Notes under the pieces: generated by a model | The model's input: the letters and a program-made list of their open reading frames with translations, nothing else | The model's database searches: none | Told to the model about the DNA's origin: nothing | Assembly: GCA_902781745.1 (NCBI GenBank) | Contig: CACZKM010000006.1 | Location: forward strand, 19,192-83,191 | Direction: 5' to 3' | DNA length: 64,000 nt | From: Oscillospiraceae bacterium | Lineage (GTDB): Bacteria > Bacillota > Clostridia > Oscillospirales > Oscillospiraceae | Translations under genes and position numbers: made by a program | Shown here: piece by piece, positions 20,104 to 29,620 of the stretch | How positions within the stretch are numbered: position 1 is the stretch's first letter | Layout of the letters: every line of letters begins with the position of its first letter

Positions 20104-20749
20104 CCTTACCGCCTGTGGTCCTACAGTGTTGTAGTCTGTTAGGGCGACGCCCTGCGGGGTGTCCTCGCCGGACGGGCGCCCTCCCGGGCGGGGCCCGGCT
20201 TTTTCCGAAAAAGCCGGGGGAAAACGCCAGGGGGCTGCGGCCCCCTGGACCCCGGGGACTTGTTGTAAACCCGCCGGTCGTCGCACAGCACACGCCATGT
20301 GGTCACTCGTTGCTGCCGCCTGCACCTGTTTTTTTGTTTAGTTGTTGAGCATTGGATTTTGTGGGGGGTAGTACAAGTTAAAAATGAGAACAAAATCGGT
20401 CTGTCGAACCTTTCTCTTTTGAGAAGGGAATCGACAGACCGATTATCTTTTCAGTGCAAAATGGAATATCCCCACAAAATCCAAGTCAAATCAACCTAAC
20501 TTCGATGCGTCGGAGACCCAAAGGACCCGCCCCACAATAGTACAGGTGCAGAGCCATCCGAAAGCAGTCAGCACCTACCGACGCGAGCGCCCATAAAAAA
20601 GAGGGTCCAGGGGGGAACCCCCTGGGCGTTTTCCGTCCCCTTTTGCGCTCAAAAGGGGACCCCCGCCCGGGAGGGCGCCCGTCCGGCGAGGACACCCGTA
20701 GGGCGTTGCCCTAACAAACGGCAAAACTGTAGGACTACAGACGGCAAGG
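20104..20749. mobile_element. Non-autonomous modular palindromic element, copy A (long imperfect terminal inverted arms, inner 15-bp IR, hairpin cassette)
   Basis: 20104-~20255 is an imperfect inverted repeat of ~20603-20749; inner IR TTGGATTTTGTGGGG at 20352-20366 / 20470-20484; both arms colinear with 57670-57845 and 58126-58360. Confidence 0.75.
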
Positions 20750-20793
20750 TGCGTCCGCACCCACGCAAGGCCGGCCGCCCCGAGGCGGCGTCC

Positions 20794-21495
20794 TCAATTC
20801 CGCCTGCTGTTGCTGGCAACGATCAGCATCAGCCGCAGCAGTTGCGACAGCGCCACCGCAAGGGAGGCCACATAGGTCATCGCCGCCGCGGTGAGAACCT
20901 TCTTGGCCCCCGCCCGCTCATCGTCGGTGAGCAAGCCATACTCCTCGATACAGGCCAGCGCCCGCCGGCTGGCGTCAAACTCCGTGGGCAGGGTCACTAG
21001 CTGGAAGACCACGCACAGGCAGAAGGCCAGCACGCCCACCACCGCGATCATCAGGAATTGCTGGCCGAACTGGGCCAGGATGATCCCAAGGATCACCAGC
21101 GGCACCGCAAGCTTGGAGCCAAAGTTGGTCACGGGGATGATGGCGTTGCGGATGCGCAGGGGGGCGTAGTCCTGGGCGTGCTGGATGGCGTGGCCGGCCT
21201 CGTGGCAGGCCACCCCCACCGCCGAGATGCTGGCCTTGTCGTAGACCGGCTGGGACAGGCGGATGACTCCGGCCTCCGGGTCGTAGTGGTCGGTGAGTTC
21301 TCCGGAGATCGCCTCGATCCGGATGTTGGTCAGGCCGTTCCGGTCCAGGAGCGCCCGGGCCGCCCGGGCCCCGGTGAGCCCGCCCCGGTTCCCTACCGAA
21401 GAATAGGTTCGGAAGGTGCTCTTGACCTTGGCGCTGGCCGCCATGGCGAAGATCATGGCCGGGATGATCAGGATGATGGTCCAGTCAAAATACAT
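20794..21495 (-). CDS. Membrane neutral zinc metallopeptidase (YugP-like)
   Basis: LTDHYDP, ACHEAGHAIQH, TLPTEFDASRRA, AAAMTYVA. Confidence 0.92.
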   Translation of the reverse strand: MYFDWTIILIIPAMIFAMAASAKVKSTFRTYSSVGNRGGLTGARAARALLDRNGLTNIRIEAISGELTDHYDPEAGVIRLSQPVYDKASISAVGVACHEAGHAIQHAQDYAPLRIRNAIIPVTNFGSKLAVPLVILGIILAQFGQQFLMIAVVGVLAFCLCVVFQLVTLPTEFDASRRALACIEEYGLLTDDERAGAKKVLTAAAMTYVASLAVALSQLLRLMLIVASNSRRN

Positions 21496-21571
21496 AGGGA
21501 TCCCTCCTTTGTCCCCATCATAAAAGAAAAGTCTGGCAACGTCAAGCATTACCAGACTTTCGGCGCCCCTT

Positions 21572-21760
21572 TCAGACGGGGCTGTTGGTCAGCGGATCAT
21601 AGGACACGCTCTCGCCGCAGGCGGGACAGGGCATCCGCCCATAGGGGACATGGATCTGGCTGCCGCACTTGGGGCAGTCGATCTCGAAGGCGTCGAAGGA
21701 CGCGGCCTCAGCCGTGGCGAGGGTGGAGTCCAGACGCTTTCTTCCGTCACGGTCGGTCAT
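21572..21760 (-). CDS. Small zinc-ribbon protein
   Basis: CPKC...CPAC in 62 aa; RBS GGAGGTG. Confidence 0.6.
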   Translation of the reverse strand: MTDRDGRKRLDSTLATAEAASFDAFEIDCPKCGSQIHVPYGRMPCPACGESVSYDPLTNSPV

Positions 21761-21960
21761 CAATGACACCTCCATTTTTTGTGGTAGGATGCAACTGTAC
21801 CATAACCGGGGCCAAATGTAAAGTTACAAAATGTGGAAACGTTATTTCTTACCTTTCTATGAATTTTCCCGCCCGACAGTTGACAACGCCCGCCCGAAGT
21901 GGCATCATGGCCTGGGACCAAAGGGTCCCACACTACAAAGAAATACAGGAGGGTACGATC

Positions 21961-22569
21961 ATGAACCTGCTCCATAAACTGACCGGGCTGACCCTGGTCC
22001 TGGCCCTGTGCGCCGCCTTGATGGCGGGCTGCGGCTCCACCGCCGACAAAGCCGCCGACGCTGCCTCCCAGGAGGCCGCCCAGACCGAGACCGCCCAGGA
22101 GACCACCGCCCCCGAAACGGAAGAGGCCCAGGACGGCGAGCCCGCCGACGAGACCGGGGAACCCGCTGAGGGCGAGCCTGGCTTCGACTCCGCCGCTCTT
22201 GCCGAGGCCCTGGGCGGGATCTGCAACGTGGGCCCCGGCTCCGCAGGGAGCGATCTCCGGGCCGTCAGAGCCGCCGGGGACCTGGTGCTCTTTGCCGCGG
22301 GCAACGTCACCCCGGAGTCCATCCCCGACGTGACCGAGGGCATTGACGCCTGGTTTGCCGGGCAGGACGGGGAGGCCCTGGAGGAATTCGCCCTGGCCTG
22401 GCCCATGGTCTCTGACTACGCAGGGCAAATCGAAGAGGCCCCCGACCTGCTGGCCTCCCAACTGGCCGACGCCGGGCTGGAGGAGGACTTCTCCGAACTG
22501 GACCGGAGCACGACCTCCTATCTCCTGGAGATCATCGACGTCTGCACCGATTCCTACGCCCAGCAGTAA
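21961..22569 (+). CDS. Acidic lipoprotein of unknown function
   Basis: Lipobox MAGC; RBS GGAGGG; TTGACA upstream; terminator near 22591-22622. Confidence 0.8.
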   Translation: MNLLHKLTGLTLVLALCAALMAGCGSTADKAADAASQEAAQTETAQETTAPETEEAQDGEPADETGEPAEGEPGFDSAALAEALGGICNVGPGSAGSDLRAVRAAGDLVLFAAGNVTPESIPDVTEGIDAWFAGQDGEALEEFALAWPMVSDYAGQIEEAPDLLASQLADAGLEEDFSELDRSTTSYLLEIIDVCTDSYAQQ

Positions 22570-22736
22570 TTGCCGATACACCGCCGTCACCGGGCCGCCC
22601 CTTTGGGGGCGGCCTTTTTTTCGATTATTTTTCCGGATGGGCGCAATTTGTCTTTACCTTGGGAGAGAAATTTAGTATAATAAATTTTGTATAGGGTCAT
22701 ACCACCCAGAAGACCCGAGACAAGGAGACTTGGATC

Positions 22737-23141
22737 ATGAACAAAAAAGACCTGAACTGGTACGACCGCAAGCGCCTCTGGTGCGGTCTGCCCTGGACCT
22801 TTACCAAATACGGGATGTCCGACGACCGGCTCTTCGTCCAGACCGGCCTGTTCAACACCCGCGAGATGGAGGTACGGCTCTACCGCGTCCTGAACCTCCG
22901 GCTGGACCGTTCCCTCTCCCAGCGTATCTTCGGCCTGGGCACCATCCATGTAGACTCCTCGGACAGGGATCTGAATTGCTTCGAGCTGAAGAACATCCGG
23001 GACTGTCAGGGGGTCAAGGAGCTCCTGTCTGAGCAGGTGGAGATCGAACGCAAACGCAACCGGGTCTACTCCCGGGAGAACCTCAACGAGGGCACAGAAT
23101 TCGAAGACGATATGGGCCACGGAGACGACACCTATGATTGA
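22737..23141 (+). CDS. Bacterial PH-domain (bPH_2) protein
   Basis: GLF...EVRLYRV...RSLSQRIFGLGTIHV pattern. Confidence 0.85.
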   Translation: MNKKDLNWYDRKRLWCGLPWTFTKYGMSDDRLFVQTGLFNTREMEVRLYRVLNLRLDRSLSQRIFGLGTIHVDSSDRDLNCFELKNIRDCQGVKELLSEQVEIERKRNRVYSRENLNEGTEFEDDMGHGDDTYD

Positions 23142-23997
23142 GGGCGTTTCGAAAAAGATCGGAATCGTCGACGTCGGCGGCGGCACCCGGGGGATCTACG
23201 GGGCCGGGATCCTGGACTGGTGCATGGACCACGGGATCTCCTTTGACTACGGCATAGGGGTCTCCGCCGGCAGCGCCAACCTGGTCTCCTTCCAGGCAGG
23301 ACAAAGGGGACGGAACGTCCGCTTTTACGACGACTACGCCTTCCGAAAGGACTACATGAGCTTCCGAAACCTCGTTCGGGACGGGTCCTATGTGGACCTC
23401 AAGTACATCTACGGCACCCTGTCCAACGCCGGCGGGGAGGACCCGGTGGACTACGAGGCCTTCATGGCAAATCCCGCCGATTTGGACATCGTGGCCACCG
23501 ACGCCCGGACGGGCAAGGCGACCTATTTCAATAAGAAGGACATCCAAAAGGACCGCTATGAGTTCCTCATGGCCTCTTCCTGCGTCCCGGTGGCCTGCCG
23601 CCCCTGGCCGGTGGGCAAGCGGGTGTACTACGACGGGGGCATCAGCGACCCCATCCCCTTCCGCCGGGCCTTTGACGCCGGGTGTGAAAAGGTGGTGGTC
23701 ATCCTCACCCGCCCCAAGGACACCCCCCGGAAGCCCGGGAAGGACCCCTGGTTCGCCAAGGTCCTGAAGAAGCGTTATCCCGCCTCGGCCCGGGCCCTGG
23801 CCAGCCGGGCGGAGACCTACAATGCCAGCCTGGCGGAGGCCAAGGCTTTGGAGGCGGAGGGAAGGCTTCTGATTCTGGCCCCGGACTCCATTGAGGGCCT
23901 CAAGACCCTTAGCCAGGACCACGGGAAGCTGGAAGAGCTCTACCGGAAGGGGCAGGAGGACGCGGCAGCCATCCCCGCCTTTCTGACCGGACCGTGA
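23134..23997 (+). CDS. Patatin-like phospholipase (YjjU/RssA-like)
   Basis: GGGTRG, GVSAG nucleophile, DGG; overlaps upstream gene by 8 bp. Confidence 0.9.
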   Translation: MIEGVSKKIGIVDVGGGTRGIYGAGILDWCMDHGISFDYGIGVSAGSANLVSFQAGQRGRNVRFYDDYAFRKDYMSFRNLVRDGSYVDLKYIYGTLSNAGGEDPVDYEAFMANPADLDIVATDARTGKATYFNKKDIQKDRYEFLMASSCVPVACRPWPVGKRVYYDGGISDPIPFRRAFDAGCEKVVVILTRPKDTPRKPGKDPWFAKVLKKRYPASARALASRAETYNASLAEAKALEAEGRLLILAPDSIEGLKTLSQDHGKLEELYRKGQEDAAAIPAFLTGP

Positions 23998-24052
23998 AGC
24001 AGGCAAAGACCATATCCATTACGATCAATACCAAGGGAAAAGAGGGAGAATC

Positions 24053-26458
24053 ATGGAAAGAAATCGACCCACAGGCAGAAAGAAGGTCGTCACAGACAAC
24101 TCTCTGGGCGTCCATAAGCGGGGCGAGGGCCAGGGCACCGGCCCCGTAGGCTCCGGCAGCCGGCCCACCGGCGGCGGCGGCAGCGGCAGTGATCGCGGCG
24201 GCGACGGAGGGAACCGAAACGCCGGCCCCACCCGAAGCGGCGGGGGCAAAAGCCCCCTGATGCTCATTATCGTTCTGATCGTGGCCCTGCTGGGGGGCGG
24301 CGGCGGGCTTCTGGGCTCCGGCGCCCTCACCGGAGGGGGCACCGGGGCCTCCGAGACCGTCATGGAGAGCCTGGCCGGCAATCCCACCTCGGCCTCCACC
24401 TCCGCCTGGTACACCGGGGCCAACACCAGCCAGATGGACAACACCGTGGCCACCGGCTCCCGGGCCAAGTACACCAACCTCCTGGGCAACGGCCAGGACA
24501 CCGTGACCATCATGATCTACCTCTGCGGCACGGACCTGGAGTCCAAGAGCGGCATGGCCACCCGGGACCTGATGGAGATGACCAAGGCCAACATCAGCGA
24601 CAAGGTCAACGTCATCGTCTACACCGGCGGCTGCGCCCGGTGGCAGAACCAGGTCCTGTCCACCCAGACCAACCAGATCTACCAGGTCAAGAGCGGCGGG
24701 CTCCAGTGCCTGGTCCAGAACGCCGGCTCCCCCGCCATGACCAACCCGGAGACCCTGGCCTCCTTTATCCAGTGGTGCGCCAAGAACTTCCCCGCCAACC
24801 GCAATGAGCTCATCTTCTGGGACCACGGCGGCGGCTCCGTCACCGGCTACGGCTATGACGAGAAGAACGTCCGCTCGGGCTCCATGAGCCTGGCGGGCAT
24901 CGACAAGGCCCTGCGGGCCGGGGGCGTCACCTTCGACTTTATCGGCTTCGACGCCTGCCTCATGGCCACGGTGGAAAACGGCCTGATGCTGGACAAGTAC
25001 GCCGACTACCTCATCGCCTCCGAGGAGACCGAGCCCGGCGTGGGCTGGTACTACACCGACTGGCTCACCGCTCTCAGCCGGAACACCTCCCTGCCCACCC
25101 TCCAGCTTGGCAAGAGCATCGTGGACTCCTTCGTGGAGACCTGCGCCACCACCTGCCGGGGGCAACTGACCACTCTGTCGGTGGTGGACCTGGCAGAGCT
25201 GTCCAACACCGTCCCCGCTCCCCTCAAGGCCTTCTCCCAGTCCATCAGCGGGCTCATCAATGAGAATTCCTACAAGCAGGTGTCCACTGCCCGGAACGGG
25301 ACCAGGGAGTTTGCCCAGAGCACCATGATCGACCAGATCGACCTGGTCCACTTCGCCCAAAACCTGAACAACCGCGAGGCCCAGGCCCTGGCCGACGCCC
25401 TCACCGGCGCGGTGAAGTACAACCGCACCTCCAACAACATGACCAACGCCTACGGCCTGTCGGTCTACTTCCCCTACCGGAAGGTCAACCAGGTGGACGC
25501 CGCCTGCGCCACCTATAAGGCCATCGGCATGGACAGCAGCTATTCCCAGGCCATCCGGGACTTTGCCGGCCTGGAGGTCAGCGGCCAGGCCGCCGCCGGG
25601 GGCTACTCCACCGCCCTGCCCTCCCTGCTGGGCCAGCTCTACGGCTCCTCCGGCTCCTATTCCGGGGCCTCCTACGGCGACGCCGACGTCATTGGCTCCC
25701 TGCTGGGCTCCTTCCTCTCCGGCGGCTACGGCCGGGTAGCGGGGCTGGACAGCGGCAACACCGCCTTCTACTCCGACCGGACCCTCTCCCCCGAGGACAC
25801 CGCCGCCTACCTGGCGGACAACACCTTTGACCCCACCAACCTGACCTGGTCCGAGACCAAGTCCGGGGACATCGTCCTCAAGCTCCCCGAGAAGCAGTGG
25901 GACCTGGTGGCCGACCTGAACCTGAACCTCTTCTACGACGACGGCGAGGGCTATGTGGACCTGGGCCTGGACAACGTCTTTGACTGGGACGACGACGGGA
26001 ACCTCCTGGCGGCCACCGACCGGACCTGGCTGGCCATCAACGGACAGCCCGTGGCCTACTACCACGAGCACACCGCCGGAGAGGGGGACGAGGCCGTCAT
26101 CACCGGCACCATCCCCGCCCTTCTCAACGGCGACCGGGTGGACCTGCTGGCGGAGTTCTCTCCCGACGCCCCCCAGGGCCGGATCACCGGCGCCCGGCCG
26201 GTCTATGACGAGGACGTGACCCTGACGGTGGCCAAGTCCCTCACCGAGATCCAGGACGGCGACACCCTGGAGTTCCTCTGCGACTACTACACCTACGACG
26301 GGGACTACCAGGACAGCTACCTCCTGGGCGAACCCATGACGGTCTCCGGCGACCTGGTCCTGTCCAACGTGGATGTGGGCGAGGGCAAGGTCCTCATGAC
26401 CTATCGGTTCACCGACATCTACCAGCAGCACTACTGGACCGAGTCCCTGGTGTTCTGA
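24053..26458 (+). CDS. Membrane-anchored clostripain-family (C11) cysteine peptidase
   Basis: IYLCGTDLES, LIFWDHGGG (His), GFDACLM (Cys), IASEE; Gly-rich N-terminus plus one TM. Confidence 0.9.
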   Translation: MERNRPTGRKKVVTDNSLGVHKRGEGQGTGPVGSGSRPTGGGGSGSDRGGDGGNRNAGPTRSGGGKSPLMLIIVLIVALLGGGGGLLGSGALTGGGTGASETVMESLAGNPTSASTSAWYTGANTSQMDNTVATGSRAKYTNLLGNGQDTVTIMIYLCGTDLESKSGMATRDLMEMTKANISDKVNVIVYTGGCARWQNQVLSTQTNQIYQVKSGGLQCLVQNAGSPAMTNPETLASFIQWCAKNFPANRNELIFWDHGGGSVTGYGYDEKNVRSGSMSLAGIDKALRAGGVTFDFIGFDACLMATVENGLMLDKYADYLIASEETEPGVGWYYTDWLTALSRNTSLPTLQLGKSIVDSFVETCATTCRGQLTTLSVVDLAELSNTVPAPLKAFSQSISGLINENSYKQVSTARNGTREFAQSTMIDQIDLVHFAQNLNNREAQALADALTGAVKYNRTSNNMTNAYGLSVYFPYRKVNQVDAACATYKAIGMDSSYSQAIRDFAGLEVSGQAAAGGYSTALPSLLGQLYGSSGSYSGASYGDADVIGSLLGSFLSGGYGRVAGLDSGNTAFYSDRTLSPEDTAAYLADNTFDPTNLTWSETKSGDIVLKLPEKQWDLVADLNLNLFYDDGEGYVDLGLDNVFDWDDDGNLLAATDRTWLAINGQPVAYYHEHTAGEGDEAVITGTIPALLNGDRVDLLAEFSPDAPQGRITGARPVYDEDVTLTVAKSLTEIQDGDTLEFLCDYYTYDGDYQDSYLLGEPMTVSGDLVLSNVDVGEGKVLMTYRFTDIYQQHYWTESLVF

Positions 26459-26555
26459 GATATTGTTGTTCTGGTAACAATTTTATTCCTCTTTTGTTTT
26501 CTCGACAACGTGCACAAACAGAGGCAAAATTTTTCCGATTTCTTCGTGAAAACGC

Positions 26556-26957
26556 TTGCAATTCCCCACCTGTTGTGGTATAGTAAAGGCAAGAAAAGCA
26601 AAGGGGTGAGTCCCATGGGCCACATGGAACTGATCGACCACCGCGAGGGGTCCGCTCCCGTCTGAGGCTGAACAAGCGTATCCGCGTGATTACCGCTATG
26701 TAATAGGGGCCGTAGCTGCCCAGAGATTTGTACCGCTGTCAGCCTGCGGAGCATGAGACCCGACGGACGATCAACGGAAAGAAACTATACTCTTACAGCA
26801 AACGAAGGCTTTCTTTTCTTTCCACGGGAGACCGTGATTTCTCTCTTCGTTTGGGCGCAGGCAGTTCTGCGCGGGGCGAATGCCCATCGGTCCCCTGGGA
26901 TCGTCGGAATTGAATATAGAACGATGACCGCTCCGGTGTTTCGCCGGAGCGGTTTTT
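26556..26957 (+). ncRNA. Candidate stand-alone structured RNA (~365 nt) with a 16-codon uORF
   Basis: TTGCAA-N17-(TGG)TATAGT at 26556-26584; uORF 26615-26665; nested stems; terminator 26926-26957; no other credible ORF. Confidence 0.6.
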
Positions 26958-27050
26958 CCGTCCGGGACACGGGCGCACCCAGTCCTTCTGTGGGTGAAAA
27001 AACAGGGGATTCCTCGGCTCCCCGGAATCGTTTACAATTTCGAAACAATA

Positions 27051-27225
27051 TTCATATTTTCTTTAAGATATTCCCATAGTTCTTTCATAATTCTATTGTA
27101 GGATAACAGCGTAGACAGGGAAACCCACCCCGCTACGTTTCATGAACACCTCTCTTTTCTCTCTCTTTTCTCTCTTTTCTCTAAAATGCCGGCAGCGACT
27201 ACCCCGTCGCTGCCGGTCTTTTTTA
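27051..27225 (+). ncRNA. Candidate trans-acting CU-rich small RNA (~115 nt) behind an 11-bp-periodic regulator array
   Basis: Hexamers TTCATA/TTTAAG/CCCATA/TTCATA each 5 bp apart (27051-27089); -10 TAGGAT; 5' hairpin; CACCTCTCTTTTCTCT tract; terminator CCGGCAGCGAC-loop-GTCGCTGCCGG plus T run. Confidence 0.65.
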
Positions 27226-27400
27226 TTTTCTCCCGGGAAGCCTTCCGCCGCCCCAGTTCTCCCCATTTAATCAACACAGAACGCTTAATTCTCGTTTTTA
27301 TCATATTGGGCATTGATTAGCCAAAATGGTTGCTGTATAATTCCCACGCAATCCATATCCAAAATGCGGTCCCTGCCGGACCGGAGAAGGAAGAGAGATC

Positions 27401-29611
27401 ATGCTGGAAACCATCGCCCGGGCAGTGACCCGAAAGCCAAAGCTCGTTGTTCTCATCGCCCTGGTGCTGCTTGTCCCCTCCCTGCTGGGGTATGTGGCCA
27501 CCCGGGTGAATTTTGACGTGCTCTCCTACATCCCTCAGGACCTGGAGTCCGTCCGGGGGGAGGACCTGCTGGAGGAGCCCTTCCACATGGCGGCCACCGC
27601 CCAGCTCATCGTGGAGGATATGCCCGCCGACTACGTGGCCCAGCTTCAGGACCGCATCGAGGCCATCGACGGGGTGAGCAGGGTCCTCTCCTCCGCCGGG
27701 ACCCTGGGCTCCCAGCTTCCTCAGGGGATGATCCCCCCGGAGCTGGGGGAGATGTTCTACGCCAAGTACAACAACAAGAGTTCCACCCAGATGATGATCT
27801 TCTTCGAGAACCCCGCCGCCTCCGACGAGACCATGCAGGCCATCAAGGACATCAAGCAGGTCAGCAGCGAGAAGTGCTTCCTGGCGGGCTTCTCCATCAT
27901 GATCAATGAGATGAAGCAGACCGTGGACGGGGAAATGCCCCAGTACATCGCCCTGGCGGTGGCCCTGTCCGTGGCGGCCATGACGGTGATGATGGAGTCC
28001 TGGGTCCTCCCCTTCGCCATCATCTTCAACATCGGCGTGGCCATCCTCTATAACCTGGGCACCAACATCTTCTTTGGGGAGATCTCCTTCGTCACCCAGG
28101 CCCTGGTGGCCATCCTGCAGCTGGGCGTCACCATGGACTACTCGGTCTTCCTTTACTCCCGGTATCACGAGGAGCTGGAGCACCACGAGGACAAGCGGGA
28201 CGCCATGGCCGTGGCCATCCAGGCGGCCTTCGTCTCCCTGGCGGGGAGCTCTTTGACCACCATCGCGGGCTTCGCCTCCCTGTGCGTCATGCGGATCACC
28301 CTGGGCCGGGACGTGGGCGTGGTGATGATGAAGGGGGTCGTCCTGGGCATCCTCTGTGTGGTGCTGGTCCTCCCCTCCATCATCCTGGTGCTGGATAAGC
28401 CCATCCACCGGTTCCGCCACAAGGCCCTGAACCCCGACACCACCGGGCTCAACCGCTTTCTGGTGAGATTCCGCTGGGTGTTCCTGGTGCTGGCCATCCT
28501 TGCCTACCTCCCGGCGGTCTACTCCCAGGTCCACACCGAGACCTACAACGACCTGGTGGGCAATATGCTCCCGGAGACCGCCCCCAGCGTGGTGGCCACC
28601 GACAAGCTCCGGGACGACTACGGCATCGTCAACCAGCACTTCGCCCTCATCCACGCCGACGCCCTGACCACCGGGGAGGTCAATGCCATGGTGGACGACC
28701 TGGAGGCCGTAGACGGGGTGGACAGCGTCCTCACCTTCCGGTCCTACGTCCCCGACTCGGTGCCCGACTTCTTCCTGCCCGACGATATCATGGAGATGTT
28801 CCAGCAGGACGGGTGGACCTATGTGATGATCAACACCTCCTTTGAGACCGCATCGGAGGAGATGGACACCCAGATCAACACCATCCATGACATCGTCAAG
28901 CAATACGACCCCGGCGGCTATCTCACAGGCTCCGCCACCATGGCCAAGGACCTCTATGAGACCGCCAGCGAGGACTTTACCTGGACAAGCTGGCTGTCCA
29001 TCGCCGCCATCGTCCTGCTGGTGGCCATCGTCTTCCGGTCTCTGACGGTGCCGGTGATCCTGGTGGCCTGCATCGAGCTGGCCATCTTCATCAACGAGGG
29101 GGTCCCCTACTGGACCGGCGAGGTGGTCCCCTTCATCGCCAACACCTTTATCGGCTGTATCCAGCTGGGGGCCACGGTGGACTACTCCATCCTCCTGGCC
29201 ACCCGGTACCGGGAGGAGCTCCAGAACGGCCACGACCGAAAGGAGGCCATGGTCATCGCCGCCGCCTCCTCGGACCACTCCATCATCACCGGCGCCCTGG
29301 TGCTCTTCTGCGCCACCTTCTCCGTGGCCATGGTCTCCCACATCGACCTGGTGGCCTGCCTGTGCAAGATGCTCTGCCGGGGCACCCTGATCTCCGCAGC
29401 GGTGTGCCTCTTCCTGGTGCCCTCCATCCTGGTCATCTGCGAGCCCCTTATCGCCCGCACCACCCTGGGCTGGCGGAGGCCTTACCAGCCCCGGAAGAAG
29501 AGAACGGCCGCCCTGGCCGCCGCCGAGGGCCCCGTCCCTGACGAGACCGGCGAAGCCGAAGCGGACGTCCCTGCCCTGGTGGCCGGGGGCGACAAAACCC
29601 ATTCTGAATGA
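27401..29611 (+). CDS. MMPL/RND family transporter
   Basis: Two repeats of TM + extracellular loop + 5 TM with LGVTMDYS and LGATVDYS; promoter TTGATT-N17-TATAAT 27313-27341. Confidence 0.92.
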   Translation: MLETIARAVTRKPKLVVLIALVLLVPSLLGYVATRVNFDVLSYIPQDLESVRGEDLLEEPFHMAATAQLIVEDMPADYVAQLQDRIEAIDGVSRVLSSAGTLGSQLPQGMIPPELGEMFYAKYNNKSSTQMMIFFENPAASDETMQAIKDIKQVSSEKCFLAGFSIMINEMKQTVDGEMPQYIALAVALSVAAMTVMMESWVLPFAIIFNIGVAILYNLGTNIFFGEISFVTQALVAILQLGVTMDYSVFLYSRYHEELEHHEDKRDAMAVAIQAAFVSLAGSSLTTIAGFASLCVMRITLGRDVGVVMMKGVVLGILCVVLVLPSIILVLDKPIHRFRHKALNPDTTGLNRFLVRFRWVFLVLAILAYLPAVYSQVHTETYNDLVGNMLPETAPSVVATDKLRDDYGIVNQHFALIHADALTTGEVNAMVDDLEAVDGVDSVLTFRSYVPDSVPDFFLPDDIMEMFQQDGWTYVMINTSFETASEEMDTQINTIHDIVKQYDPGGYLTGSATMAKDLYETASEDFTWTSWLSIAAIVLLVAIVFRSLTVPVILVACIELAIFINEGVPYWTGEVVPFIANTFIGCIQLGATVDYSILLATRYREELQNGHDRKEAMVIAAASSDHSIITGALVLFCATFSVAMVSHIDLVACLCKMLCRGTLISAAVCLFLVPSILVICEPLIARTTLGWRRPYQPRKKRTAALAAAEGPVPDETGEAEADVPALVAGGDKTHSE

Positions 29612-29620
29612 GGTGATCCC

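Noticed and set aside
19946-20760. Short ORFs predicted across the repeat elements (also 57492-58548)
   Set aside because: No RBS, and reading frames are not preserved between the two homologous copies while hairpins are
22737-26458. PH-domain, patatin and clostripain genes as a possible anti-phage system
   Set aside because: The patatin looks like the common YjjU/RssA type; no cyclase, NTPase or other defence partner; host-like codon usage
26701-26957. tmRNA, RNase P RNA or 6S RNA identity for the orphan transcript (GGGGCCG start, ~350 nt)
   Set aside because: No TTCGA T-loop or CCA end, no tag frame ending in AA, no GAGGAAAGTCC; the layout is not a simple 6S rod
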